A stretch of DNA of 62,987 nucleotides, counting the filler, from Octopus bimaculoides (taxonomy: Eukaryota): the NCBI RefSeq assembly GCF_001194135.2. It is 7 parts of 5 records of this genome, joined end to end, with 100 filler letters (N's around TTAATTAATTAA, not from the genome) between each part and the next. Parts side by side here need not be neighbours in the genome. Positions count along the whole stretch, not along the records: positions 1 to 5,256 come from NW_026336117.1; positions 5,357 to 20,582 come from NC_068981.1; 5 more parts are not named here. One strand, written 5' to 3'. The notes below the pieces were generated by a model, which was not told where the DNA came from, did not search any database, and saw nothing but the letters and a program-made list of their open reading frames with translations. Of this stretch, positions 1-13,769 are shown in pieces; position 1 is the stretch's first letter, and each line of letters starts with the position of its first letter. The translations under genes and the position numbers were made by a program.

Positions 1-116
1 AGGGTGCGGGTCGGAGCGGGAGTGGAAAGTGTGTCTGTGTTGATGACGTCACTTGGAAGTAGAAGAAACATCACACGCAGCATTGTTGACTGTGAAGTCG
101 TAATGTTTACACAAAT

Positions 117-151
<35 letters not shown>

Positions 152-245
152 ACACATACATACACATACATACACACACATGCAAACAAACATACATACG
201 TACACTTATACATACATATAGATACGTGTACACATACATGTACAT

Positions 246-284
<39 letters not shown>

Positions 285-720
285 ATATATATACGCACAT
301 ATACACATACACGCACATGCACATGTATACATACAAACATACATATACACACACTCACAAACACACATCCGCAAAAAATATATCTAAGTGCATATACACA
401 CAANNNNNNNNNNTTCAGCCCCAAACCGATCGATAAGTTGCGTCGTGAGAGAAGTCGTGAGTTTGTTTAACTTGCAAATAGGTTCGCAATTGGGAAAACA
501 TCAAACCATGTTTGTAAGAAATACACAACGTGGCAACCGCCGTCGGTTTATGGAAATGTTCTATACCACTGTTTAATCACGTGACGCGGGAAGCTGTCAA
601 AAGTATCTGGGACGCAAAAGCTTGTATATGTTCTCTGCTACGTTCGTATCACGTGAGTTGGGAACCACCTGAGATAAGGAAATTTCTTCAAATAAAAAGC
701 TTCAGTATACAGAATAGAAT
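1..720. promoter_or_regulatory. CpG-rich promoter/enhancer-like region with a full CRE and two palindromic E-boxes
   Basis: TGACGTCA at 44-51; TCACGTGA at 577-584 and 649-656; CpG density visibly above background. Confidence 0.4.
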
Positions 721-1263
721 TGAGTCTCTGCGTATTTGTCTGTCTGTCTTTGCTCGTTCGTCTCTTTCTCTCTCTCTCTTTCTCTCTCTCACTCACTCTA
801 TCGATCAATCTATCTACCTCTCTGTCTTTTTGTCTACACGTATAGGTAAATACACACACACACACGGATATATATGTATACAGATGTATATATACAGTCT
901 GTCATACTGGCCATGACGAAGGGAAATATCCCTGAAACTCGAGTCGCCTTTATATACTTATATTTATATATTTGATCCTTTATATTGAACACTCAATATT
1001 TCATCTACATTCAATACTTTATTTCATGGTGCCATCCATTTTTATTTTATTTTATTTTATATTATATATTGTATATTATATTATATATTGTATATTCCAT
1101 ATTCTATACCCCACATTGGTTCTGCAGGAATATAAATAAAACATAAAAAACAGACAGTGTTGGAACTCTTTTAAACAAAATAATATATTCCTCTATACAC
1201 AATCATACAAAAAACCCCCTTTTTTGTATATATTTTTACTCGCATANNNNNNNNNNNNNNNNN

Positions 1264-1308
<45 letters not shown>

Positions 1309-1699
1309 ATATTTTTTATATGCATATATGTGTGTGGTGTATATATGTTTGCGCGAAAAACATACACTTGTTGCGTATATGCATATATAAATAGCATATA
1401 CATACACATAATCGTGAACAAACACAGACACACAAATACACCGTTGTCTGGCAAGTTAATGTGGCTTTCGTCCGTGAAAGAATGACATATGGATATACAT
1501 TGAGCATCATGTGTAAGTCTCTATTTTAATTTAATACGGCTTCAGTTGCATTCACTGGAATTTTATTCAGCCCGGCAGCTATATGCAATACCAGTGAATG
1601 TGTTACTCATTCTTTTATATATCGCAGGTGACAATTGTCATCTAGACATGAGGTTGATTGCGTGGAAACGTCATTGAGAAAGCGCAACAACGCCGAAAT

Positions 1700-2100
1700 G
1701 CAATGGTGTTCTCTCCGACGTTATGCCTCCATTCATCTTCCCGCATGGCCTCAGGCTCAACATGGAGGCCTACATCGAGTGCCTGAAAGAGGTAGTGCTA
1801 CTCTGGGTCAAGAGGGTGGCTACTGGAACACCCTATGACTGGCAACTGGACTCTGCACCACGCTACACAAGCAGGAAAACTCATTCATGTCTGTCAGACA
1901 ATTTCTGCGAACACGTAACCCCTAACATCTGGCCATCTAATTCCTCAGACTGCAACGACCCTGATTATTACATGTGAGGCGCAGTTGAGCGACAGACCAA
2001 CAAAAGCCCTTGTAACACCAAAGATGAACTGAAGGCAAGGATTATGGGAGCATTCACTTACTTAAACAAAGAGTTCGTCTAGAAGAGTTAGAGGAGATTC
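1700..2100 (+). mobile_element. Tc1/mariner DD37D (maT-type) transposase 3' fragment, decayed
   Basis: WQLDSAPRYTSRKT...IWPSNSSDCNDPDYYM*GAVERQTNKSPCNTKDELKARIMGAF. I count 37 residues between the second catalytic D and the third D. Confidence 0.8.
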
Positions 2101-2681
2101 TGCACACAACGGCAACTTACTTTTGCACACACAACAAACACATAACACACATACACACACAGAGACACATATACCATCCGTTGATTCCTGTCAGTCACTC
2201 TCTCTCTCTCTCTCTCTCTCATACACACACACGCACACACACACACAAACACAAACACGCATACGTACACACAAACATTGAACAGAACTGAGAGACGTCG
2301 GGCAGATGTTCAGCTGCTGCGCCGATGCCAACACGTGATATACTGAGTAAGTGTTTGTGAATCAATGACTGGCCGCCAGCAGCAACGTCTGCACACATGC
2401 ACACTGCAGTGCTGCGAGACTGGTGCACATTGACTCTTTCAGCAGCCTCATCTGCCCTCTCTGCACTGCACTGCACTGTACATACATCTCTTGCAGTAAC
2501 TTGCATCACACTGCATCATTCTGTAATTAAAGACGCCCGAGCTAACAAACCTACCAACCGAACCATCCATACACACATACATACATACATACATACATAC
2601 ATACATACATACATTTCGTATATATTTTCTTTTATTTTTCATATTTTAAAATATACATACATATATATAGATGTATGTGTA

Positions 2682-2737
<56 letters not shown>

Positions 2738-3070
2738 TACATATAGATGTATATTATACTTTATATATACGGTATATACGCACACAAATACATACGCATA
2801 TATATACTAGTAAAATTAAATAGAGACAGTGGGTAATATATATAAATATATATATATATATGTATATATGTATACATATATATTTACACATACGTATTTG
2901 CACGAACGCACGCGCGCACTGGCGCGCACACACACACATACACACATACACCCACCCACACACTTATATATTCATATTTAATATAATAAGGCAAAGAACA
3001 AAAAACTGTTTTAATAAGAAAAGTCAATTTAGCTTTTGTTCACTTTTATTCATGGGGTAAGTCACACAAA

Positions 3071-3128
<58 letters not shown>

Positions 3129-3518
3129 CAACAACAACAGCAGCAACAATAAAGAAAAGTTATGTAAACCACATTAGACGTGAAGAAAGCTTTCACTGGA
3201 AAGAACCGGCTTGAAAGCCGTGAATCAACATGTTTTTGTACTGTTAAATATTTATCTTTAATATATAACAACCAAAATATTTTCATCAAATGTTTTCAAG
3301 TAGGTTAACTCTAACAACCATACAACGGGAGATTATTTACTTTTAGAGAATATTTCGTGTGATTTTGCTCAAAAGAAATAACCTGAAAATTGACCAAGTT
3401 TATTAAAATCGTTGATCACTTTTGGCCATAAAACGACTATTTTATTTAACTTCTTAGTTTTCGTTCGTCTCCTTATATAACAAAGATTGAATCTATCTGC
3501 AGTTATCTGTCTTATCTT

Positions 3519-3790
3519 GTACTTGTTTCGGTCATTGGACTGCGGCCATGCTGGCGTACCGCCTTGAAGGGTTTAGAGGCGAACAAATCGACATCAACAC
3601 GTTTTAAAGCCTGGTACTTATTCTATATGTTATAGATAGATAAATACAAAGGGCTTTTTTCTGTTTCCGTTTATTAAACCCACTCGCTAGTATAGTATAA
3701 GACACTTGTCCAAAGTGCTGCACAGTGGGACTGAACTCGGGATCAGGCGGTTACAAAGCGGGCTTCTTAACTACACAACCATACTGCAAA
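3519..3790 (-). mobile_element. SINE family A (tRNA-derived head, CORE-like box, internal microsatellite)
   Basis: Shares gactgcggccatgctgg tail and cacagtgggactgaac head with other copies. Confidence 0.75.
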
Positions 3791-3950
3791 GTATCTCACC
3801 CGGCCCTCTTGCAAGTCCACCAATCCACCTCCCTAAAGAGGCACATTTTTATCGAACCCGAGAAGATGAAAGGCAAAGTCGACCTCAGGATGCGGAGAAT
3901 GAGAACTGTATGTAACTCTCTAACCACTTTGATAATTCACCGTCTTTAGC
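3790..3950 (-). mobile_element. SINE family B (tRNA-derived)
   Basis: atgaaaggcaaagtcgacctc is the reverse complement of the family motif gaggtcgactttgcctttcat. Confidence 0.65.
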
Positions 3951-4079
3951 CAAATTCATGGAACTGGTGATGTTCCAAGAGGAAAATAACTTGCCAAATG
4001 ATAAACCATCATGGCGTCCGTTCAGAGAAGACAGCTGCAGTAATATGGCGGCAAGCTAATAACGTAGCTTCTCGACCAA

Positions 4080-4300
4080 TCAAATGTAAAAATGGTTTGA
4101 CTTAGATTTTATAAACGATTTTGACAAAGTTGGACATAAAATAACGTACCATAATTTTCCTGTCCTCAGCATAGAAAGTACTGGCATGACTTCTTAAAAA
4201 CTACGAATCCCTTTTAAGATGTCAGTTTTTCAAAGGGTGTTGAGGTCATTGCTGCTTGAAAGAGACCCTCGCTGTCTGATCCTCCATGAATACTTGTCGA
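4080..4300 (+). mobile_element. Highly decayed CR1-type RT fragment
   Basis: LDF/FDKVGHKI remnants followed by a VPQG-like region with frameshifts. Confidence 0.4.
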
Positions 4301-4845
4301 AGGACGTTGAATTCAATGAAGTAAATTTTGTAACACTTCTAACACTTCCTAGCAATAAAATCTCTAAACCGGTAAGTTGTGAGGCACCTTCTGAGCTCCA
4401 CGGCCTCTCCTCTGTGAAATACAAGAACGAAATTGCGTGGAACGTCGGAATTTTTAATGAGTAATGGCGCTTCAGATCGCAGATATACAACAAAAACGGC
4501 GAATATAACCGAAGTTATACGTGAATACACTTGACGGATGACTAAATATGAATGCACACACATAGACACGCGGCGGGAGAGAGACACAGAAACACACATA
4601 GACACATAGACACATACATTGTTGCAATGTAATTATGTATGGAGATTTGACGTAGAATAACAATGTCATTGCGTTCTCCGAAATAAATTGGTCATTCGCT
4701 GTACATGACACATCGTATTATAACAGGGTGTGTGTACAAAAACACACATAAATACAACTATATATGCACACACGCACACACACACACGCACACACTCACA
4801 CGCACACACACACACATGCACACACACATATGTATACATAGACAC

Positions 4846-4985
4846 AGGCGTGACTGTGGTAAGAAGCTTCCTTCTCACCCAGATGCTTCTGGGTTCAGTC
4901 CCACTGCGTGGCACCTTGGGCAAGTGTCTTCTACTATAGCCCTGGGCTTACCAAAGTCTTGCGAGTAGATTTGGTTGATGGAAAT
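4846..4985 (+). mobile_element. SINE family A, 5' half
   Basis: ggcgtgactgtggtaagaagc...ggttcagtcccactgcgtggcaccttgggcaagtg (A-box/B-box-like head). Confidence 0.8.
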
Positions 4986-5256
4986 ATATATATATATATA
5001 CATATATATACATCTGTGATAATTGATAGATCAATTCCACCCCAGTAACTCCAAAGTACACCAAGAGCCTCTCTGTAGACTTAGAACACATTATGAACTT
5101 ATAAATAACTTTATTATTGTTGCGTTGCCTCGTCTCTATAATATTTGGATTACATTTCTTTAATGGTGTTCTTTTGAAATAAGAAATAAAAATCAAGAAA
5201 ATTGCAGCAAAACCTTATTACAGTGAGGTCAGACGTGGCATTCAGACCTTCATATA

Positions 5257-5356
5257 NNNNNNNNNNNNNNNNNNNNNNNNNNNNNNNNNNNNNNNNNNNN
5301 TTAATTAATTAANNNNNNNNNNNNNNNNNNNNNNNNNNNNNNNNNNNNNNNNNNNN
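5257..5356. other. Assembly spacer N44-TTAATTAATTAA-N44 (also at 20627, 31173, 38580, 46357, 59689)
   Basis: Identical 12-mer with stops in all six frames, centred in runs of N; the first block measures 44+12+44 nt. Confidence 0.95.
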
Positions 5357-5407
5357 TATATATATATATGTATATATATATGTATATATATGTATGTGTA
5401 TATATAC

Positions 5408-5538
5408 TTATTCTTTGTAAGCCTAGTACTTATTTTATTGTTGTCTGTTGCCGAACCGCTAGGTTACGGGACGTAAGCACACCAGCATCGGTTGTCAAGC
5501 GATGGTGGGGCGACAAACACAGACACACAAACATATCC

Positions 5539-5574
<36 letters not shown>

Positions 5575-5765
5575 TATATATATATATATTTATATATTTA
5601 TACGACGGGCTTCTTTCAGTTTCCGTCTTCTAAATCCATTCACAAGGCTTTGGTCGGCCCGTGGCTCTAGTAGAAGACACTTGCCCAAGGTGCCACGCAG
5701 TGGGACTGAACCAGGAACCATGTGGTTGGTAAGAAAGCTACTTTCCACACAGCCACGCATGCGCT
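5408..5765 (-). mobile_element. SINE family A with internal (TA)n
   Basis: Head cccaaggtgccacgcagtgggactgaacc; body ccgaaccgctaggttacggg. Confidence 0.85.
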
Positions 5766-6379
5766 TAACTTGATATACTTATTACCAATGAACACATGTC
5801 TTACTTCAACGATATAAATATCCATAGAATGTACACAAACCTGTTTTTCTCGTGGAAAGAACACATTATCTATACAGTCATTGACAAACGGTCTAACGAT
5901 GAAAGATTGTCCTGAACGGTCGCTGAAGCTGCTAAAAATAACAACGAACTATCACCTTATGTTACAAAGGCATGGAGATATCAAAAATACAATTCTGTTT
6001 ACATTATGCTTAGAAAAAATGGGATGGTTTCGCCCAGAAAAAGCTTTGATCATAGTTTGGATAAAACAGAGCTGATCTGCGGATATTAAGAACTAGCTTT
6101 TCAAAAAAGTTTGGTATATTTATCTTTGTCAGATAGGTAGGTAAATAAGTAGATGGTTGTAAAGAGGAATATATGTTTAGGAACAGATATAGATAGAAGG
6201 AAAAATCTATTGACCGTCGATATACGAATGGATAGAATGAATAATAAATTGATACAGAAGGATAGCAAAAGTTGTTTTAGAATGAAAGCGAAAGGTTATG
6301 AGATTTCAATGCAATAAGTGCGACAGAGAAAGATGTTGTTTTAAATTCTTTTTCTGGTTTCAGTTAATGAATTTTAGCC

Positions 6380-7395
6380 ATGTTGTGTTATCACCCCGTC
6401 TTCAGGTTTTAGTATTTTCTGCACTGATTTTGAACCCGAACTTGGAGATACTTTTTCAAGATGGCAAATTAATTGAACTAATCCATCCTTGCTTCCTTCT
6501 GTTCATCTATGTCGTCAGTAAATCTTAAATTTACTTAGCTCCTCCTGCGACAGCATGGTTTTCAAAGAAATCATTCATGATCCCCACCAAGAAATTGTTG
6601 AAGATACTGGCGGAAAGAAACGCATCAGCTCTGGTGGACTCCTATGTTGATGCAGAACTACATCGTGATGGTGCTTTGTGCGTGTTCTACACTTGTTGCT
6701 TTGATATAAGTCGAATTCTGTTCCACGACGAATTTCAGCAATAGAGCATCACGCAAGGATTTATCTTTATCTCTTATTTGTTTCAGTCATTAGACTGCGG
6801 CCAAGCTGGAGCCCGATCTTGCAGCTATTTAGTCGAACGAAGTAACCCAATTACTTACATTTTTAGACCTGGTATCTATTCTGTCGAATTCCTTTGCCGA
6901 AGCGCTAAGTTAATGGGACATAAACACACCGGTTGTCAAGTGGTAACGGGTCAAATACAGAGACAAAGACCACACACACAGAGATACGTACACACACACA
7001 CACACACACGCACGCACGTACGCACGCACGCACGTACGCACGCACGCACGCACGCACGTACGAAATCACAGAAGGCGGGATTATTTCAGTTTCTGCCTAC
7101 AAAATCCATTCAAAAGGCTTTGGTTGGCCCGAGAGTATAGTAGAAAGTACAAGCAATGGAATTGAACACAGACCCATGCGGTTGAGGAGCAAACTTCCTA
7201 CCACACAGCCACGTCTGTGAATACATGGCATTAATTTTCGCAGAGTGGGTGAAATTTGAAGAATTGCTCAGCATTGATTCTACCTCTGTAGAAGTCCGCT
7301 TGATAGTCGACTGGAATGTTTTTTCCTAAATGCCCCAGTCTCTTCAGGACGATTCGCAGCATTATCTTGCCAACAGTTTCATCGAGATCTCGAGC
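6380..7395 (-). mobile_element. Decayed RTE-clade LINE reverse-transcriptase segment (interrupted by a SINE at ~6773-7217)
   Basis: Minus-strand translations TVGKIMLRIVLKRL...YQADFYRGRINAEQFFKFHPLCEN, VGVHQS and VNLRFTDDID resemble RTE RT motifs. Confidence 0.7.
6773..7217 (-). mobile_element. SINE family A with internal (CA)n/(CACG)n, inserted in the RTE
   Basis: Complete head-to-tail match to the family. Confidence 0.85.
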
Positions 7396-7588
7396 TGTAG
7401 AAATACAGAGAAAGATAGAAGTGCTGGAAATGAGATATTACGACAAAAGCTTAGGCATCTTGTACTTGAAGAGCATCTGAAGCGGGCAGGCCCATGAAGC
7501 CAGATAGCATCACATTGGGCACCGTGAAGACCTCACAACAGTGGAATAGATTAGTAGGCATTAATAGTCGAGCATGGTCACAAGTTTA

Positions 7589-7590
<2 letters not shown>
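7394..7590 (+). mobile_element. RTE LINE post-RT segment in opposite orientation to the adjacent RT segment
   Basis: AVEIQRKIEVLEMRYYDKSLGI resembles the RTE motif ELQRKIQAxEMRCYRxILGI. Confidence 0.65.
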
Positions 7591-7627
<37 letters not shown>

Positions 7628-7729
7628 CCTCTCTCTCTCACACACACACACACGCATATATATGTATATATATATATGTGTGTGTGTGTATATATATAAG
7701 TATATATATATATATATATATATGCAATG

Positions 7730-7763
<34 letters not shown>

Positions 7764-9214
7764 CCAGCATTTCGAACACCTTTCATCTACTAAATACCAA
7801 TTCAGAAAATATGTATCAACCTCAGGCCACCGTAGATGACACGTGTACAAAGTTCCACGTAGTAAGATCGAACCCAGAGCCAATTGGTTGCGAAGATAGA
7901 TATTTAAAGATAGAAACGTAGACTATGTGCGCAAACGAGTTAACTACGCAGATGAACTGCTTATCAGAGAAAGAATTAATAAAAAGCTAATAAGAAAAGA
8001 GATGCAAAAGGAAAATGAAATAAAACCTAAACATTAGCTCAAGTTCAGAATAATACACTCGCTTTTATCGCCTACTCCCTACCTTTTCTTGCTCTGTCTG
8101 AATGTTATCTATAACCCATATGACCTTCGATTTATTGGAACTAATACATTTCAGAAACCTTTGTCCTTTCTGATGCATGACTACTCCCAAGCTGCCATGA
8201 ACTTAACCAGTTGTAACTCTACTAAAAATTTACCTTCAAATTCAGCTGCTTGCCATATCAGTTTATATAATTACGAATATTGCTAGAATATTAAGACACG
8301 TAAGGCCTTGAATTCCTGTTTGTGTTCGGTGGTGTTATGGTGTAATGTATGGCATGAGTCAAGCGAGTTTAATGTTGTGTGTATAGCATTTATAATGATG
8401 GTAACGTTGGTATTTGAGGGGTGAGGGTCATTGATGTAGAAGATGATGGTGACAGGTCAAACTGGTGTAACATTACAATAATTTATTGAATTCCTTTTTA
8501 CGGTCTTGTTCAGGTTTCTTCAGTGTCAGGAACAAGATTCTCTGTTCAAAACGAAATCAATAAACAACCGAATGAGAATAATTCTGTTCTTTCTTGTATG
8601 ATTTCTGCAAGTAAATGCCACGTTCTTTGTTATTTCGTACTTTAACAACTTTGGCAGAATATTTATTTAAAGATATCATTTGAAATGTCTTATAGAAAAT
8701 TTCTGATCAGCAGTTCTTTGAATTTTAGCATTTCATAATATTTCAAATGAGGTAACTTCTTCCATACAGACAAGTAATCAAATAATTTTTAATGGGAATT
8801 ATTGATAAAATACAAAAGTCCCGTGTCTTCTGAAAGATGGTATTGAACATTTTAAACCTGAGTCGTCAACCTAAAATCCTAGCCATTGGTTAATTCTTTG
8901 AGGCAGTCTACTTTATTCCCAGTAGAATACTAACTAAAATAGACCTACGTTCAGATGCATTCTAGCTATGATCACTTCGTCTTTTTATGTCTGGTATTGA
9001 GTATCTAGGACTGCATTGTCTAATATCGGCTTCCTTTTTATACGATGATTTGTAATTTGAGGTTGCTATTCGAGCAACCATACAGAAGCTATTTCCTTGA
9101 TGTGGTGGTAGAGATGTGGTGGTAGAGAGTATTCCATCGAAGAAAAACTAAAGTACTCTCAAGCAAACAATACTTTAGTTTATCTCCGATGGAGTACTCC
9201 TCCCCATCGCTCTC

Positions 9215-9263
<49 letters not shown>

Positions 9264-9754
9264 CTCCTTTTTAAGCAGCAAAAGTGCTGACAATCACTTA
9301 ATATGATTTACTAAGGAATAAAACAAAAAGGATGCTTATGGAAGGTGAAATGTGATGTTGGGACGTTAATTTATTTCCAAACGATAAAGATGCGATTCCT
9401 ACTGGGCAATGATTTGCTTCCTCATTCTATAGCGTTCGTTAATTTTCTGCTTTGCAATAAATACGGATTTCTTCTAAAAATACACTACTTCAAATAATTA
9501 CTTGAGTAGCTAATTTACATGAGAGAAGACTGTGAAGCTTGCATAATGATAACTTTTCATTCGTCGAAGCTTCACAATGTATTCTCCGCCTAAAGGCTCA
9601 CAGTAACGTGTACACTGTATGGCTAAATATAATTATTTTAAAAATTTATTTTTAACGTAGTATGAGATTAGTTCTTAATTACGGATTGCTTCTGTTGTAA
9701 TTTGAAAAAATAAAGTCAAAGATTAACACATATGGTTAAAAAGTTCGCTTTGGA

Positions 9755-9864
9755 ATCACGTGGCTTCAGGTCCAATTCCACTGCACAGCACCTTGGGTAA
9801 ATACTCTGAATTTGGTTGACAGGATCTGTGTGGGAGCCCGTCGTGTAAGTATTTATATACATAC

Positions 9865-9905
<41 letters not shown>

Positions 9906-9916
9906 TNNNNNNNNNN

Positions 9917-9965
<49 letters not shown>

Positions 9966-10160
9966 TGTGTGTGTGTTTATTTCCGACCATTTGATAATCG
10001 GTTCTCCTTTCCTTGCGTTGCCGCAACATAGAAGTTCTACATAAGACATCAATGAAATCAGTACCAGACTATTAAGAAATATATACTGAGGTCAAGTAAA
10101 CTCTTCAAATGCGGTGCCCCAGCATGGCCATAGTCCAATGACTGAAACAAGATAAAAGAT
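9755..10160 (+). mobile_element. SINE family A with internal (TG)n
   Basis: gcaccttgggtaa...gcggtgccccagcatggccatagtccaatgactgaaac. Confidence 0.75.
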
Positions 10161-11289
10161 ATGGTGAATATAAGTGTTTGAAGAATATCCAAGTTTTATA
10201 ATTATATAATTGGGACCCATAGAACAAAGCTTTATATTTCGTGTAGGTCAGGTTACCTATAGTTTAGATAACAGTAGAGATTTACTGCTCTATATGACTA
10301 CTTTATTATTCTCTTTATTATTAAGCTGATTAGTCAACCATCTTTCTTCCTGCTAGAGAGTAATAACCTTAAATGATGAACTGTATTAATGAGAAAATCC
10401 GAACAGATTAACTTTTCTAATGCTATTAGTTATTCAGCCAGTAAGCTGACTCGGTTTTCTTATGTTACGAATCTTTCCGTTGACTAAAATATGGTATTCC
10501 AATATCTATAAGAAGAAACTCACAAATGACTGATGGGAAAAAAAGTCTAAATTTATTTAGAGACTAGGTTAAACAAGCATAATGCGATATTCATTCCAAT
10601 AACTTTTTAAGTTTATTTAGAAATTAGAGCTAGCACTGATTTCTATAGAAAAATCTGTAGAAATAACTTTAAAAAAGTGATTGAATAGCACTGCTAACAA
10701 AGGTGGGACACAGTATTGGATTACAAGCCTTGTATACAATTGGTCGTATATTATGGTTGCATAATGAAATATGGTATCCCTACCAGCAGTTAATCTTTCA
10801 AATAAATATACTTGCCGTAATTGACCACACGACATTATGATTCTTTCCAAGACAAAGAGTCATAATGAGGCATTTGTTTCTTAATGATGTCGCTTCCTTT
10901 ACGGTATCGAATTACCATCTGAGTTCAAATCCCGTCGAAGTCAGCTTTATTTTTCATCCTTAGGAGGTCGAAAAGAATGATGAAGTGCCAGTCAAGTGTC
11001 TGGGTCAATGGAATGGATTAATCAGCTCCCATTAAAATAACTTGTGCCAAAATTTGAAACCGTTTTAGCGTCAAATTCCTGACAATAAAGACAGGCATGT
11101 ATGTGTAGGAAGGAGTTTTGCTTCCCAACTACATGCTACCAGATTCAGCCCCTCTGCACGACACTGTGATCAAATGTCTTCTACAATATCTTCGGACCGA
11201 GCAAAATATTGTGACTGGATTTGGTAGACGGAAACTGAAAGAAGCGTTGCTAAAGTCTACTAATTGTATCTTATCTTTTATTATTTCAA

Positions 11290-11587
<298 letters not shown>

Positions 11588-11784
11588 CATATGTATGTAT
11601 GTACTTATATATATTTTTATAGCAAATTAGGTCATTTTCATTATTATTATAATAAAGTATTTTCAATGGATCAGTTTTGAGCTCTCATTTAAATCGAAAT
11701 ATATATATATATACACACACCCATTTCCTTATAGAGCATTGACAGCAGAGAAGTAATCATTTCATTTTTAAGTGATTATATGTA

Positions 11785-12260
11785 AGGTGGTGAGCTTGCA
11801 GAATCGTTACCGTGCTGGACGATGCATTAAGCGGCATTTACTTCTAGCACTTTGCGTTCTGAGTTCAAATTTCGTCGAGGTCGACTTCACCTTTCATCAT
11901 TCCGAGTTCGATAAAATGAGTACCAGTCATGTACTGGAAGAGGTGGGGGTGGTGGTGATGTAATTGATTTCTCTCCCTCCTCTGAAAATTGTTAATCTTG
12001 AGCCAATATTGAGAAAAGATTACAGATAGAGATGAAGACGACGAGCTAGCAGAATCGTTAACGCACCGAACAAAATGCTTAATGGCATCTCTCTCAGCGT
12101 TACGTTCTGAGATCAAATTCCGCTGAGGTAGACTTTGACCTTCGCCTTTTCTGGGTTACTAGAATAGGTATCAGCTCAGCTTTGGGCTCAATGCAGTTGA
12201 CTAACTCCCTCCCCCTAAATTCCAGGTCTTGTGCCTATAGTAGAAAGTATTGTTACTCAT
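11785..12260 (+). mobile_element. Two head-to-tail SINE family B copies
   Basis: gagcttgcagaatcgtta...gaggtcgacttcacctttcat, repeated at ~12045 as gagctagcagaatcgtta...gaggtagactttgacc. Confidence 0.8.
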
Positions 12261-12788
12261 TTTGGTGGACAGCACCGTTGAGCAAGCTGTGTGAAACTGG
12301 TTTCGATGTTCGATTTCAAATATTCCTCGTTTTACCTAACTCGCAGTGCTAATGCGTCTGAAAAGGCATAAAGGTAATTCCTCCTCACTCCTTTCTCGTG
12401 TACAATTTCCATACTTCATAGAAAGGAACTTGGTTCATTTTACAAAATTACAACTGGAACAATTATGAAAATATACAAGCAAGCAAATAACGCAAATTAA
12501 AATATTATTTTCCTCAATACTGTTTCGAAATTTAACACAGTAATAGAATTTTTTGAAAAAATAGAGAGAGAATAATGCAAATCAATGCGCAAGAAAAATC
12601 AGATTAGTTCTTTTTTTTTTTCTTCTTTCCCTACTGAAATTTCCATCAGAAGACGTCAACTGTTGAACTTAATACATTTTCCATTTCTCTCTTCTTTTAA
12701 CTTTATATTCATTCTTCCATTAAAAAAAAAGTTCTTTACAATTCTTTCTGTTTGCCTATGCGTCTCCCCACCTTTCCGTGTATATATG

Positions 12789-12825
<37 letters not shown>

Positions 12826-13769
12826 NNNNNNNNNNNNNNNNNNNNNNNNNNNNNNNNNNNNNNNNNNNNNNNNNNNNNNNNNNNNNNNNNNNNNNNNNNN
12901 NNNNNNNNNNNNNNNNNNNNNNNNNNNNNNNNNNNATGTTTGTGTGCGTGTGTATACAGATACCCATATATATATATATATAAACAGATGCCTACACACA
13001 CATATATATACACACACACAAACATATTCACACATACATCCCCACCTCTCTCTCCCTCTGCCCCTGTTTCTCTATTGTGCATTTTCTGTTTTAGTCCTAC
13101 TTAGTTGTCTAGCTACGTGTCAACTTCAATTTGTATTTTAATTTCATATTTTCTTAGACTCTATTTATTTTTCAATAACTTATCGAATTTCTGTCAGTTT
13201 TCATAGTGTATATTTTTCAGCTAATTGTCAATTGAAGGTTGGCAAAACAATTCAATTTTGCCAACATTATATGCCACACACAGTGAATAATGCTAAAGCT
13301 GTAATAATATATTTCGCCTAAAATTAGCCACAGCTATTAAATTGGCTATAGAAATAGGGACATACGTGATTGATCTTTCCATATATTTCTATATATTGTA
13401 TGAATAAAATCTAATCTCCTGCAACAGCAAGAGATTAAATTTTATTCTCTCAATCAGATATTAATACAGAAATAAACGGACAAACAATATGCAAAGTGAA
13501 TATTTTAGTAAAATGCTAACATCAGCCGAGCGGCGAGTGATGAACGAATGAATCTCTTTACAGTTTAAATAGCTTTAATTTCTTTTTTTGATATGCACAA
13601 AGCTACTATTGTGTAAGAGTGAGGAACGAATTGAAAGTGTGACGTTTACAACTTCCAGTATTTACAAACTGTGAAAGTCAATAATTTCTTACACTCACCA
13701 CAAACAATGTCACCAATTTGTACTGGAGTCAGTGGACTCAGATTAATGACATGCATAATACGATACAAG

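Noticed and set aside
5301-5312. Recurrent TTAATTAATTAA palindrome (six copies)
   Set aside because: Always centred in 100-nt N blocks: an artificial six-frame-stop scaffolding spacer. It also means order and distance across these gaps are uncertain.
10617-10850. 77-aa minus-strand ORF in unique sequence
   Set aside because: No recognisable motif and no convincing splice sites.
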